In this document: in pieces, positions 46,094 to 57,473 of the stretch
Layout: each line of letters starts with the position of its first letter
Position numbering within the stretch: position 1 is the stretch's first letter
Origin: Prasinococcaceae sp. CCMP 1430
Taxonomy: Eukaryota; Plantae; Prasinodermophyta
Reading direction: 5' to 3'
Length of the DNA: 64,000 nt
NCBI GenBank assembly: GCA_013416795.1
Contig: RQSC01000026.1
Span: forward strand, 71,980 to 135,979
Translations under genes and position numbers: made by a program
The notes under the pieces: generated by a model
Told to the model about the DNA's origin: nothing
Database searches by the model: none
Seen by the model: the letters and a program-made list of their open reading frames with translations, nothing else

Positions 46094-47152
46094 TCACGCG
46101 ATCTCAAGCGCTTTGACCACCACCAGCCTCCACACCCACAGAGCCACCACTGCAATGAGTGCTATTCTCAGAAGCAGTACGAGTAACGCCTGCGGCCGCC
46201 GAGCGTCTTCTCGTTTACGTGGTTTTGCAAGCACGGCTGCCGCCGCATTCATGCTTGCACCGTGCGAGATGCGCGCAGCTGGTCCAGCGACGACGGGCCG
46301 TGGCTCGCCCGCGCGTATCAATGCGTACTGTCCCAGTGCCGCCTGGACGTCGTCGCACTGGAGCCGGTAAGGACGTTCAGGTCTCCACAGTAGGTTCATT
46401 AAGCGTAGGTCTGCTGCCGCCTCCAGACCTTCGTCGAGGGCGTTTCTTTCGCGGGCAATAGAGAGGGCACCACCGCACACGAGGGCGACGCGCGGCCCAG
46501 CGTGCACGCACCCATTGAGCTGCTCGCCCATCGCCATCGCCACGTTCGAGTCGGCGCCCTCACAACCGACGAGCAGGTCGTAGGTCAGAGTGCGCACTTT
46601 CGCGCGGAAGCCGAGGGCGCGCGTGCTCGCGCTGCTGTGGATCCCTGAGCCGCGCCGCAGGAAGTCGCGCGACCTGTCCTCGGGCGTGGAGAAGCTCTCG
46701 CGCGAGAGGACGGCACGATGCGAGAGGAGATCGACGGATACAAGCATGCGCCCTGGGAGGACGCGCGCGCCAGATGCGCGCGCTGTTCGCAGTAGGGCAG
46801 CCTCGAGGGCAAGGCAGTCGCCCGCACCAGCCACATCAGACGCTAGCTTTCCGTCCAAGCCCAAGCAGCATCGCACTGCGGCTGCGCGACCACGCGCCGA
46901 CACTGCCGTCCGGCTCGCAGCCATGCCACTGCGATAAACGGCAACGCTCCATCCAGCTGCTCCGAGCACCGCTGCCGCGGCGGCACCGGCCACCCCACCG
47001 ATCGTCCCTGCAGCGATAACGACTGCGTGACGACCGCCCCCCCCGCCAGCCGCGCCTGCGGTGTCGGCCGCGGCGATGTGGCGCGCGGTGGAACGACGGC
47101 GCGCACGGTGCACAATTACGTCCGGGGTAGGCGGCTCCTCGAACTCTGCCAT
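46094..47152 (-). CDS. Divergent FAD-dependent monooxygenase-like protein with a C-terminal TM segment
   Basis: Distorted Rossmann motif (AVVIAAGTIGGVAG..AAVLGAAGWSVAVY) and DG-like YDLLVGCEGADS; central substrate domain largely missing. Confidence 0.5.
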   Translation of the reverse strand: MAEFEEPPTPDVIVHRARRRSTARHIAAADTAGAAGGGGGRHAVVIAAGTIGGVAGAAAAAVLGAAGWSVAVYRSGMAASRTAVSARGRAAAVRCCLGLDGKLASDVAGAGDCLALEAALLRTARASGARVLPGRMLVSVDLLSHRAVLSRESFSTPEDRSRDFLRRGSGIHSSASTRALGFRAKVRTLTYDLLVGCEGADSNVAMAMGEQLNGCVHAGPRVALVCGGALSIARERNALDEGLEAAADLRLMNLLWRPERPYRLQCDDVQAALGQYALIRAGEPRPVVAGPAARISHGASMNAAAAVLAKPRKREDARRPQALLVLLLRIALIAVVALWVWRLVVVKALEIA

Positions 47153-47274
47153 CGAGCACGGCGTACGTGCCGTGCGACGAGCGCCACACTGGAGCAAGCG
47201 GGGGCGCCGCAGCGCGGCGCTGGCGCGCCGCGCCGCGCCGCGCCGTTGCTGCGGTGTGTGGCGAAATCTCTAAA

Positions 47275-49578
47275 TTACATGCCCCTCGCCTGCTTGCTCG
47301 CTGCTGCGTTCTTCCGCGACCTCTGGCGTGCGGCAGCTGCGCCACCATTGCCGCCTCGATTGTTGCCACCGCGGCTCCCGCGTCCTCCGCCGCTGCTGCT
47401 GTTGCTGCCGCCACGACCGCTGCCGCGGCCCCCAGCTCGGCTGCCGCGGCCACCACGGCCACCACCACTCCCGCGCCCGGCCGCCACCTCCTGCCCCGCG
47501 AACAGCGCCTTGTTGCCGCCAGCACCGAGACCGTGTATTTCGCTGCGCGCTTTTGCGGCCTCGGCCGCCACCTGCGCGGCGGCACCCTCACCAGATGCCG
47601 CCTTGATCTCCTTGGCGCCCTCCCTTGGCGCGTTGTAGAGCTTGCCATCGAGCACCCAGTAGGAGCGCAGCTTGGACGATGTGCCCGGCACGAATGGCGC
47701 CGCAGCTGCCTCCAATGACTGGCCACTGGCGCGGCTGCTGCTGCTGCCGTTGCCACCGGCCCGCCCGCCAATCTCATCGGCCGTGGCGCCCCCGAGGTTA
47801 CCGCCTCCCAATCCGCGATTGTCATTCAGGGCCTCCATCGTGTCGTCAGGCTCGTCTTCATATTCGGGCGCCCCTTGCGACTCGGAACCGCGACCAAGGG
47901 CGTGCACCCTTGAGAGCGCCCATGAGCCGCGCATGCGCGTGTCGTACGCCGATTCGGCGTCGTCCTCGCCGTCTGATACCTCTTCCATCTGCAGGTCGGT
48001 CGCACGAGCCTTCACCCACGCGCGCGCTTCCGAGCTGCCAAGCCCCCTGTCGAGCGCCTCCGAGGCATGACGCGCCATGCCACCGCGCGACTTTTCGTTG
48101 CGCCGCAAAATCTTCAGCTTGAACGCACCACCACCTGGCTGCCGCTTCCCCTGTTCACGCTTCTGAGATTGCTGGCCGAGAGGGCCGCGCGAATGTTGCT
48201 TTGGCAAGTGCTGTCGCTGCTCATGCTGCTGCTGCTGCTCCCGCTTGAGTTGCTGCTGCTGCTGCTCTGTCGGTAGCGGTGGCAGCGGCCCAGCTGGCAC
48301 GAGGCCTGGCGCGAGCGCATCGAGGTAATCGCGTTGGACCGAGTCGATGGCAACGCGGCCGTGGCGCAGCGAGCGGGCAACAACCGAGCCCAAAGGGCTG
48401 CTGTGCGCCAGCAGGGCCGTGAGAGGCACCTCAGGAGCGGGCCTGCCCGCACCAGCGGGCAATTTGTCGCATGCGCCCGCCGCGCCCGCGACCGCTGAGA
48501 CGAGTGTCTCGCCTGCGAGGAGCGCACCGCCGTCACCCGCTGCCGCAGCCTCGACCGCCGCGCCGAGGAGGGCACCAGCCAGCTCGACAAGTCTTGGCGC
48601 GAGCGCACGAGCACGCGCAGCCACCTGTGCCCCGCATGCACGTGCAGTCACGGGCAACATTGCATCGTGTGCCGCGGCGAGGGCGCTCGCCACACGCGCA
48701 CCACCACCATCGCGCGCGAATGCAGCGAGCGCCAGAGGGCAGAGCCCGCCGGTAGCGCCCATTGACTCGGCCACATCCGTGACATAGTCAAGCAGCTCGT
48801 GCGCTTCGGGAACGGACATGCCCGCCATATTGGCGCACGCCTGGCCGCAGAGCGCTTCGATGCTCTCCGCAGCGGCCACGCCTGCTTGTGCGATGCCGGT
48901 AGCGAGCGAGGGCTTCGCTGACACGAACGCGTTGGCCATCTGCGCGACCATTGCACCATTGCTGCGGCCGTACAAGGCGCACACGTCGAGCAACTTTGCA
49001 GCGTCAATCACGCGGTCGTCCGCGAGCAACGCTGCGCGCTCCTCAGGTGGCAATTCAAAGCCGTCAGGCTCATTTGCGGCCCCAGACAAGCGAAGCAGTG
49101 CCATGAGCACACGGCGCGCGAGCAGTCGGCCACCGCCGCCACAGTCAGCGTTGTCGCCGATGGCCCACACTTCGCGCGCACCGCGATCGACAGGGCGTGC
49201 GCGGTATCGCACGTATGTATCGAGAGCCTCGTGAAGCTCGGCCGCACCACTCGAGCTGCCAGCGACGGTCGATCCGCCCATTGGTGCATCGCACGAGAAC
49301 GCCGCATGCATCGGCGAGAAATGAAGCGCAACACTCAGCTCGTGTCAGCATGCCGCGTCTGATTGCACTTGGGGGCAGTGGGGGATGAGGGAGGGGGGGG
49401 GGTGAAGGGGCACACGTGCGCCTTACTTTATGCTCACCGCATCGCAGAAGTCCTTTCCGCCGAGCGACAGCAGGCCTGCCAGCGCTGCGGACGTTGCCGC
49501 TGTCGCGGCCGCCGCCTCCGGCGACGCGCCGTCGTTGTCGAACGGCAGGAACGGCACAGCCGCGGCGTTGGCTCTCAT
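47275..49578 (-). CDS. ASCC2: ASC-1 complex subunit 2-like: complement(join(47275..49255,49427..49578))
   Basis: FLPF..LL.L...F, LDTYVRY, RRVLMALLRL, KLLDVCALYG.SN, EYEDEPDDT, YWVLDGKLYN, RGG-rich C-terminus; GTAAGG intron restores the frame. Confidence 0.8.
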
Positions 49579-49944
49579 CGCCCTGCGTGCGGCCGCAGCG
49601 GCAGCGAGGAAATGGAGGGCGGGGGGGGGGGGGCACCCGTGCCCCAGCCCGCCCGTGGGATTTCAGTCCCGCCCCGCGTGGGCGCCCTTCCCCACTGCCC
49701 CGCCCCGCCCCGCTCCCGACACCCTCCCACAGTGCACTCTGTGGCAGCGGCGGCTGGCCAGACACAGGCACTGATCTGATCCGATTGATTTTTGACCTTC
49801 TTGGCCAAGATCCCTAAAACAAAGCTGGTACCCGAACATCGGTCGGTCATTACACTGTACACTGTACAGTACTCGTACAATGTACAGTACTGATACTAGT
49901 CCTAGTCCAGTACTAGTACCGTACGTAGTCTCGCCGATGGTGGT

Positions 49945-52163
49945 TTACGCTACCCTGTCGACGTAGCCCTCGCCGTGCTCTTCGTCGAGCGACCTGCCGA
50001 GCCGCTCCGCGCGCAGCGCGGCTTCGCTTTCGGGCTCGACGTACACCGCCTTGTATGTAGTCTACTGTACCATCGTGATGGTACTGTGCAGTGTAGCCTG
50101 CGTCCCTACTCTCGTTTTACGTTCCCTCGATCGAGGCGTATGTATTGTGCGCCCTCCCCGTTCAGCCGGACCCAGCCGTCGTCCTCGCGACAGGCCACCG
50201 TGTAGTAATACACGAAGCACCAATTGAGTTCCTTGTCGAAACGTGTGACCTTTGCCGGCCACCACTCGTTGTCCATCGGCCAGTACACCTCGACCATGCT
50301 GCCAACGGCAATGTCGCATGCACCGTTTTGTGGTGCGTCGTTTGTCTGCGTGTGGCGACGCGAGCAGGCGCCGTCAGCTCGCGCACTTGCTATCGCTCGC
50401 GCGCACAGGAGTGGACGCCATGTATCCGCGCTAGCGCACCTCGCGGCGGTCAATTGCCTCCTCCTTTCCTTCGTCCCGTTGCTCCATTTTCGCGTCGACC
50501 TCGGCTGGTCTTGATTGCTCGGGTATCCCTCCATGTTCGCCCTGCCTTTGTCGCTCCAAGCTCTGCGCCTGCTTCTTTGGAGATTGCAAGTGTTGCGCCA
50601 GCGACCCGGGGGCGCCCGGAGCCGCGCCAGGCTGAACGATGGCGTCGCAATTGTCAGCGACCGGTGCATCCTTGGGGGCATCGATACCTGCGGCTTTGGC
50701 GCGCACTTTCGCGTCTTCGACGAGAGTCGCGTAGCAGATATTGGCGCTGGCATCCTGTGGATATGCACGACTGTAGCACTCAAGGAACTGGATGGGCGAT
50801 CATTGAGTGGGGCGCACGCGTGCAAATCGTGCGAGGACGCACGGGTTCGCAGACGGTCGAGCGAACGGGAACATGAATTGTCAGCGCGCACTCAACCCAC
50901 GAGTGCAAGGCAGTCTACACACGCGGCACACTACGCTCGAGTGCATCAAGCAAGCTCACGCACATTCTTGAAGTACTGACGCAAGCGCTGCGACAGTTGC
51001 GCCACCGGGCGCCCGTGCACGCCGTTGGTCATAGCGCGGAAGACGTCGTCCCACCTCTTTCCCCTCAATCCGCCGTATTCTTCCTGGCTGTTGCCGAGCA
51101 CGCACACCGCCCGGTACATGCCGAACAAATCGAGCGGCGCCACATCTGCCAGTGAGCACTTGTTGTACCGCTTGGTGAGGTCCATATGGACCCCACGCGC
51201 CTCCCATACCCGCTCCAAGTCGCGCATGAAGTCCTCGGGCGACAAGACCGTCAGAGCCGGACGCGATTTCTGACTTGGCACTCTGGCAGTCGTCGTGGCA
51301 GCGACAGTGTTGGCCACGGTCGCTATAGACGCACTGCGTGCCTCCAGAGCTTTGCCCGGTGGCGTCACGGCGCCCACATCCGTACGCCCTGCAGAAGCAG
51401 CAGCACGAGCCTCAATGGCCTTGCGCTCCTTGTCGGACAGGCCATCTTCGAGCGGGTTGTATATCTTGATTTGCTTCGTCGCCCTCCCGCTTTGCCCCAC
51501 GCCCGCCTCGCGTAGAAAGGCAGCAAGCTCCTCCTTCTCCTTGCCCATCCGCCTTTTCTTCTCCGCAGCTCGGATCTATGTGCAGCACGTGGAAGCAAGC
51601 GAGCCAGCAACGCGGGCAAGGCAGTGAGGAGTGCACGCCAGCGTAAGCAACGCGTGTGTGCGATAGGCGCGCGCCAGGCACGCACGCGGCTGTGCAGGGG
51701 AAGGATGTAAACGCTCATGTAGCAAAATCCTCACAGCACGTTCGCCGCGCGCCCGCACCTTCTCCACCGCCCTCTCCTGTTCGCGCCTCCCCTCCGCTGA
51801 CAGCTCGATGTCCAAGTCGTCGTCATTCTGTCCCATCGAGCGCGGTCGGCAGCACCGCGGACGTTCTGGTCAATGCGGAGGCGCAAAAGCAAGCAAGCAA
51901 GCGCAGGCATGCTGAGGGGCTCCACACCTTTCCGCGAGGACTCGGGACGCGCATCTCACCTGTGGCTGCTCCGCGAGGTTGACGCAAACGTTGCCGTGCC
52001 TTGGCGCCCTGATATTGCCCGTGTGGCCACATGCGCCGGAGCCGCGCGTGTGGCGAGGGCGCGGAAGTGGTGCGAGCTTTGTACCAGGGCGGTCGAGCCC
52101 CAGGAGCGCAACGAGCTCGGCGATGCGCTGCGAATCCTGCGGGGCGGGAGGCTCCTCTCCCAT
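49945..52163 (-). CDS. Multi-exon chromatin protein with ARID and Tudor-like domains (exon boundaries partly unresolved)
   Basis: ARID: FMRDL...LDLFGMYRAV...GG...WDDV...LRQYF (~50960-51240). Tudor: VGSMVEVYWPMDNEWWPAKV (~50130-50310). Several GT-AG introns. Confidence 0.7.
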
Positions 52164-53058
52164 CGCGGCGTCCCTGCCCGCGTGCGCGCCGCGCCCCGCG
52201 TCGCGCGCCCTGTGGCGACCCGCTCCCGCAGATGCCACGCGTGTGCGCCCCCGCGCGCAAGCAGCGGAGAGCAGCTGCCTGTTCGCCGCCAAACCAAAAC
52301 TCTCTCCCCCTCCCTTTTTCTGGGTTCTGAGTTTCGTTTCACCAGCGCGCGACGCGATCTCGATCCGCGTGCGATATATCAGTCAGTCGCCACAGCGACG
52401 CGCGCGTGCGCACACCCGCACGCTCGCGCGAGGGACGGCGGGGGGGGGGGGGGGGGGGTGTGGCGCCGCCGGCGCCCACAGCGGCCCCGCACGACCGCGC
52501 GCGCGCGCGCGAACGCCGCAGTTCGCCGCAATTGCATCGCGCGCGCTTGCAACCTCTCGCTCAATTAAAAACGCGGCCGACCAGGACGAAATGCGCACGC
52601 CCGCGGCCCTTGCGAAACCGGGCAGATCCCCCCCGCGCGCAAAAAAAAAAGGCAAAAAAAAAAACGCCGCATCGCTCTCGCCCGCCATCACACGCCAACG
52701 GAGCCTGGATGCAGGGTTTACACCAGAAACCTCAAATATGCCCGTGGAAAACATCCCATCAAAATGCCTTTTGCCGGCGCATGCCGCACACGTGCAAAAG
52801 TCTCCCGTGGCGAAAGGAGACCCGCGCGCGCGTCTGGTGTGTGTCGCGCCTGCGCGTTTCGAATTCCGCCGTCATCCGAATTCGAAAAGCGGTGCGGCAG
52901 CCGGACGTCGGCGGCGGAGAGCGGTGGCAGACGCGCCGCGCGGGCGGAGGGGGAGGAGGGGGTGAGGGGAGGGAGGGGGGGGGAGGGGAGGAGGGGGCAG
53001 AGTCCACCTGTCACGGGCTCATCCCCGTCGCGCGGCGTTGTGCGTGCGCGGTGTGATC

Positions 53059-56000
53059 ATGGCGGAGAGGGGCGCGCCCGGCGCAGCGCCCAGCGGGGGG
53101 GACTGGGAGAACGCGGCTCCGGTCTCGCCACGGCCGCTGCGCCCGGCCAGCGCACCGCTCTCCCGGCACCCCTCGGGCGCGTCGAGCACTCCTCTCTCCC
53201 CTCGCTCGCCACGCGTGCTGTCACCACGCGTGCCTTCGCTGTCGGCCCCGGTGAGCCCTGCTGCCCGCATGGCTGAGTCAATTGAAAGAGCCGCCGTGCA
53301 CGCCATGCATGCCGCGCTCGGCGATCAGGCCTTGCCGACCGCTTTTTCTCCTAGTAGCGACTTACTGCGACCTACGGGTGCGCCCGCCAGCTCACGCTGT
53401 GGCGTCGACAGCAAGGTGCTCCTCGCAGTGGTCCGCCGTGCCATCGCCAAGCATGAAGCCGAGCTAAGGCGCGAGAATGCCCGCTTGGCTGACACGTCCG
53501 TGTACCTGTGTGATTCGTGGACTGAGGGCATCGGCACACTTGCCAACGTCGAAAATGAGACGGACGCAGAGGAAGCTGAGGTGCTCGAGCCCATGCGTGC
53601 CCTCGTCATTGAGACGCGCGAGCGCACGTTTGGGGCGCGCCCTGAAGTGGGTAAGCTCCTTGGCAGCGTGGCAGCAGCTCGCGCCAACATCGCTCTGACG
53701 GTGCGCGAGGCCAAAGAGCTCGTTGCCTCCACTGGGAGCCTGGCGAGCGCCGCCGACGAGATGGAAGTGCTTGCCAGCAAGGTCGCAATGGATACTGAGA
53801 GTATCGAGGGATCGAGTGCTATGTATGAGCTCACCGCCCGCACGATAACGTACATCAAGACGTCGGATCTGCTCGGGCGCCTACTCGAGCAGCGCCCGCG
53901 TGAGCAACGAGACACGGGCGCGCCAGGTTTGGCACGCGGTATGAGCGACGGGCAACTCGTGGCGCTGCAGCGCCATCACGATGCGCTTGAACGCGCGCGG
54001 CGCTCACTCGAGACAGCGTTCGATGCTGTGGCCATGGATGCCGACAGGCTCGCGCACCAGTGCCCAGCGGCGCTTGTCTCGCGCGTGCGTGCACTTGAGT
54101 TGCTCGAGCGTGCCGTACGTATCCACAATGCCATGGAATGGCAGGTCGAGGACGAAGAGCGTCCGAGCGCTGGTGCTGGGGTCGCGCTCGAACGAGGAGG
54201 TGAGGATATGTCCGTGCCTGAGGATGGCGCGCACATCGAACCGAAGACGGACATGATACCCGCGGTCGTGACTGTGGCTCCTCCGAGAAGGCGCGCCGCG
54301 GCGCTTGTGTCGACGGCGTCGCCACGCGAAGCTTTTATCCGGAAGATGCTGGAGGTCGCAGCAGAACACGCGCACACCAACCTCGCGTGGGAGGAAGGGC
54401 AGGACGCTACTGTATTGCTTGAGGCCGCGTCTGCGCTCGTCGACAGGCTACACACGGTGCGGTCGATCATCGCACCGTGCTTCCCCCGCGACTACGATCT
54501 CGTGCGCAGGTTTGCAGAGCTCTATCATGGATTTTTTGTCCAGCTCTTTGAGCTCTTTGTCGAGTGCATAGCGGAGGACGGCAAGGCCTCGTCGGCAGCC
54601 GGGCGCACAACGCACTTCGTGTCCAATGCCGCCATCCTCGCAGCGTTGGGGTGGGTCCCGTGGTACTTTCAGACCCTTCGCCTCAAGTACAAGATCGAGG
54701 CCCCTGAAGAGCTGCAGCCGTCACTGTCGACAGCCGCCGATGCACTGCTGGCGAGCTACGTGGAACGGACGCGTCGTTCGCTGAAGACGTGGGCGGATAA
54801 CATTGCGCGTGCCGATGCGACTCTCGAGCCCACAGCCGACGCCAATGGGCGCCTGTCGTCGCCGGCATTTGTGGATGTGATGCGGCTGGTTAGCGACCAA
54901 GTGAGGCTCGTGCAGGACGTCAATGGCAAGCTATTGCTCGAGGTTGGCGCCGCTGGCATGGACGCGTTCCTGCGTTTCCAGCAGCAGCTGATGAAGGCCG
55001 TCAAAGCACCCCTCGAGGACGAGGGCGCCCAAGCAAAAGGTCGTCGCCGTCACGGGCGCAGCCGAAGCGGTGATGCAGACAGCACGCTCGACGCGTACGC
55101 GCACGAGGAACAGATGCGCGCAGAGCTACTCGAGCTCGCCTTGGCGCGCATGGCCTCGATGGCTAATAGCTGTCTGGTGGCTGCCTCCGAGATGGTGCCT
55201 TACGCCGAGTCCATCGCGCGCATGCTGCAGGGGCCGCATGCACTTGCGGCATTTTCGCTGATGGATGCGCGAGCCGTGGCACGCGCGTTTGCTGAGACGG
55301 CTGCCGCCGCTTCCGACCGCTCGGCCGACATTGTGCTGCACGACATCATCGCCAAGCTTTTGCCAGAGCTTTTCACGGACAGGTGGGCGCGCGCCAACGC
55401 TGCAGACTCCGTGGTCGGCAGTATGGTTGCAACACTCGAAGACTATAGCGGCGACCTCCGTCGGTTCATGGACCCCCCTGTGTTCACAGCCACCATGAAC
55501 GCGTGCCTCGAGAAGACCGTGGTCGGCTACCTTGGCGCGCTCGTGCTCAAAACACCGCGTGCTCTGCCCATCGAATGGCTTTCTCAGGCCCAGGCGGACG
55601 AGATGCTGATCGCAGACTTTTTCTCAAGGTTCGTCGAAGGCAACGCGGCAGGCATGGGCCTGCTCGAGACGTCGCTGTCCGCCATGGCGGCCGCGCGGTC
55701 GCTCGTATTCGCGGCCGACGAGCGCGAGACCATCGCCGCCGCGGTACACATGCGGGCGAAGCACAACGTTAGTGATGCCATGCTGGAACGCATTTTAGCG
55801 ATGAACTCGGTCGTGGACTCTATAGCAGTCAGGAGTAGCGTTCTCTCTGCGATAGCTGATGCTACAGCGAGTCACGGCGAGGAGCGCGCCGAGCACGAGC
55901 CCTCGACGACCGAGGACGCGTTTGCGGACGAGGACTGCACCGATTCACCCGACCGGTCCTTCGAGCCCTTTGCGTTGCTCGAGGAAGAGGCAGGCGGGGC

Positions 56001-56190
56001 AAGGCGGATTCGGAGGCGGCGCACGATCGACACGGCCGTGACCTCCGCCGTCAAGCAGCTGAGGTCAGCGCCGAGGCTGAGCAGCCGCGGCTCACGCTGG
56101 GCGGTGCAGCAGGCATCCGCAAAGAAGACCAGGTCGATCATGTTTGCTGACGTGTCCCTCGGTGACTCGGATGAGGAGGCAGCACGATGA
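53059..56190 (+). CDS. SEC6: Exocyst complex component Sec6/EXOC3
   Basis: CPAALV..RALE, IIAPCFPRDYD.V..F...YH, SNAAIL..LGWV..Y, DVMRLV.DQV, ATLEDY..D. Confidence 0.85.
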   Translation: MAERGAPGAAPSGGDWENAAPVSPRPLRPASAPLSRHPSGASSTPLSPRSPRVLSPRVPSLSAPVSPAARMAESIERAAVHAMHAALGDQALPTAFSPSSDLLRPTGAPASSRCGVDSKVLLAVVRRAIAKHEAELRRENARLADTSVYLCDSWTEGIGTLANVENETDAEEAEVLEPMRALVIETRERTFGARPEVGKLLGSVAAARANIALTVREAKELVASTGSLASAADEMEVLASKVAMDTESIEGSSAMYELTARTITYIKTSDLLGRLLEQRPREQRDTGAPGLARGMSDGQLVALQRHHDALERARRSLETAFDAVAMDADRLAHQCPAALVSRVRALELLERAVRIHNAMEWQVEDEERPSAGAGVALERGGEDMSVPEDGAHIEPKTDMIPAVVTVAPPRRRAAALVSTASPREAFIRKMLEVAAEHAHTNLAWEEGQDATVLLEAASALVDRLHTVRSIIAPCFPRDYDLVRRFAELYHGFFVQLFELFVECIAEDGKASSAAGRTTHFVSNAAILAALGWVPWYFQTLRLKYKIEAPEELQPSLSTAADALLASYVERTRRSLKTWADNIARADATLEPTADANGRLSSPAFVDVMRLVSDQVRLVQDVNGKLLLEVGAAGMDAFLRFQQQLMKAVKAPLEDEGAQAKGRRRHGRSRSGDADSTLDAYAHEEQMRAELLELALARMASMANSCLVAASEMVPYAESIARMLQGPHALAAFSLMDARAVARAFAETAAAASDRSADIVLHDIIAKLLPELFTDRWARANAADSVVGSMVATLEDYSGDLRRFMDPPVFTATMNACLEKTVVGYLGALVLKTPRALPIEWLSQAQADEMLIADFFSRFVEGNAAGMGLLETSLSAMAAARSLVFAADERETIAAAVHMRAKHNVSDAMLERILAMNSVVDSIAVRSSVLSAIADATASHGEERAEHEPSTTEDAFADEDCTDSPDRSFEPFALLEEEAGGARRIRRRRTIDTAVTSAVKQLRSAPRLSSRGSRWAVQQASAKKTRSIMFADVSLGDSDEEAAR

Positions 56191-56867
56191 TGGCAAGGAT
56201 GTAGGCACACGTTCCGCACAACCACGTACTTGGCAAGACGTGCAGATGTTAGTCCCGACTCCATCTATCCGATGCGTGCCAATCTTATTTTTCCCACGCG
56301 TTCCGTGCGGCGCGCAGCATCAAAGCGCCGTCAGAGGTCGGCTGAGTAGCCGCCTCTCGGAGTGAGATTCGCCCCAGCGCGCGACTGTGTTTGATGGTTC
56401 GGACGAGGCTTGAAGCGGTTTCGTCTCCGGATGTCTCGCAAATGCAAAAATTCGGTACGGTTTGGCGGCCAAACGTTTTGTGGCCTCCGAGCGGGGGATC
56501 GCACACCCGCACACAGCGCCTCGAGCACCGCCTTGCCAGCACTGCGCCGTCTCGCGATGCCTGCAAACACTCCTCACCAGCGCTGCGCGGCTCGTCTCAA
56601 CCGGGTCTGATGGTGTTCTCGGAATTGATGGACCGTGCGGGGCACACGCCCCAACACCGCTGTGACACCTGATGGTTGAGCGCAGAGCGCCATTCGATCG
56701 AATGGTCACAACGTGTGGCGTTCTATCATTGGCCAGTCGCGGCGGGGTCCAGTCTTGGCGCCTTCGATGAGGGTGGGTGGGGCAGCCAGGGGCAGAGCCG
56801 GCGCGCGAGCGCAGGGCGCCACACGGCGCCAGCGACCCGCGGCAGGGAAAGGGGGGGGGGGGGGGGG

Positions 56868-57270
56868 NNNNNNNNNNNNNNNNNNNNNNNNNNNNNNNNN
56901 NNNNNNNNNNNNNNNNNNNNNNNNNNNNNNNNNNNNNNNNNNNNNNNNNNNNNNNNNNNNNNNNNNNNNNNNNNNNNNNNNNNNNNNNNNNNNNNNNNNN
57001 NNNNNNNNNNNNNNNNNNNNNNNNNNNNNNNNNNNNNNNNNNNNNNNNNNNNNNNNNNNNNNNNNNNNNNNNNNNNNNNNNNNNNNNNNNNNNNNNNNNN
57101 NNNNNNNNNNNNNNNNNNNNNNNNNNNNNNNNNNNNNNNNNNNNNNNNNNNNNNNNNNNNNNNNNNNNNNNNNNNNNNNNNNNNNNNNNNNNNNNNNNNN
57201 NNNNNNNNNNNNNNNNNNNNNNNNNNNNNNNNNNNNNNNNNNNNNNNNNNNNNNNNNNNNNNNNNNNNNN
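56868..57270. other. Assembly gap (403 N); single-N joins also at 7647, 34459 and 35588
   Basis: Directly visible. Confidence 1.
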
Positions 57271-57471
57271 TTATTGTTCCTTGAAGCGGTAGCCGACGCC
57301 GTAGAGCGTTTCGATCATCTCGAAATCGTCGTCGGTGGCTTTGAACTTCTTGCGCAGCCGCTTGATGTGGCTGTTGATGGTGCGGTCGTCCACATAGACC
57401 TGGTCGTCATAGGCCGCGTCCATCAGCGCATTGCGCGATTTGACTACGCCGGGCCGCAGCGCCAGCGCCTG
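57271..57471 (-). pseudogene. chvI: 3' fragment (66 aa + stop) of an alphaproteobacterial OmpR-family response regulator, ChvI-like
   Basis: Manual translation (absent from the ORF track): [66 protein letters not shown]. Confidence 0.88.
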
Positions 57472-57473
57472 CG

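Noticed and set aside
39687-52163. Functional cluster of ubiquitin, chromatin and nuclear genes (UBL-UBA, SET, CPR5, ASCC2, ARID-Tudor)
   Set aside because: These are common categories in a gene-dense genome, with mixed orientations and no shared regulatory motif seen.
52300-53030. ncRNA or mobile element in homopolymer-rich intergenic DNA (also 31030-31600 and 56200-56860)
   Set aside because: No terminal repeats, target-site duplications, tRNA/rRNA signatures or credible ORFs; consistent with promoter or low-quality sequence.
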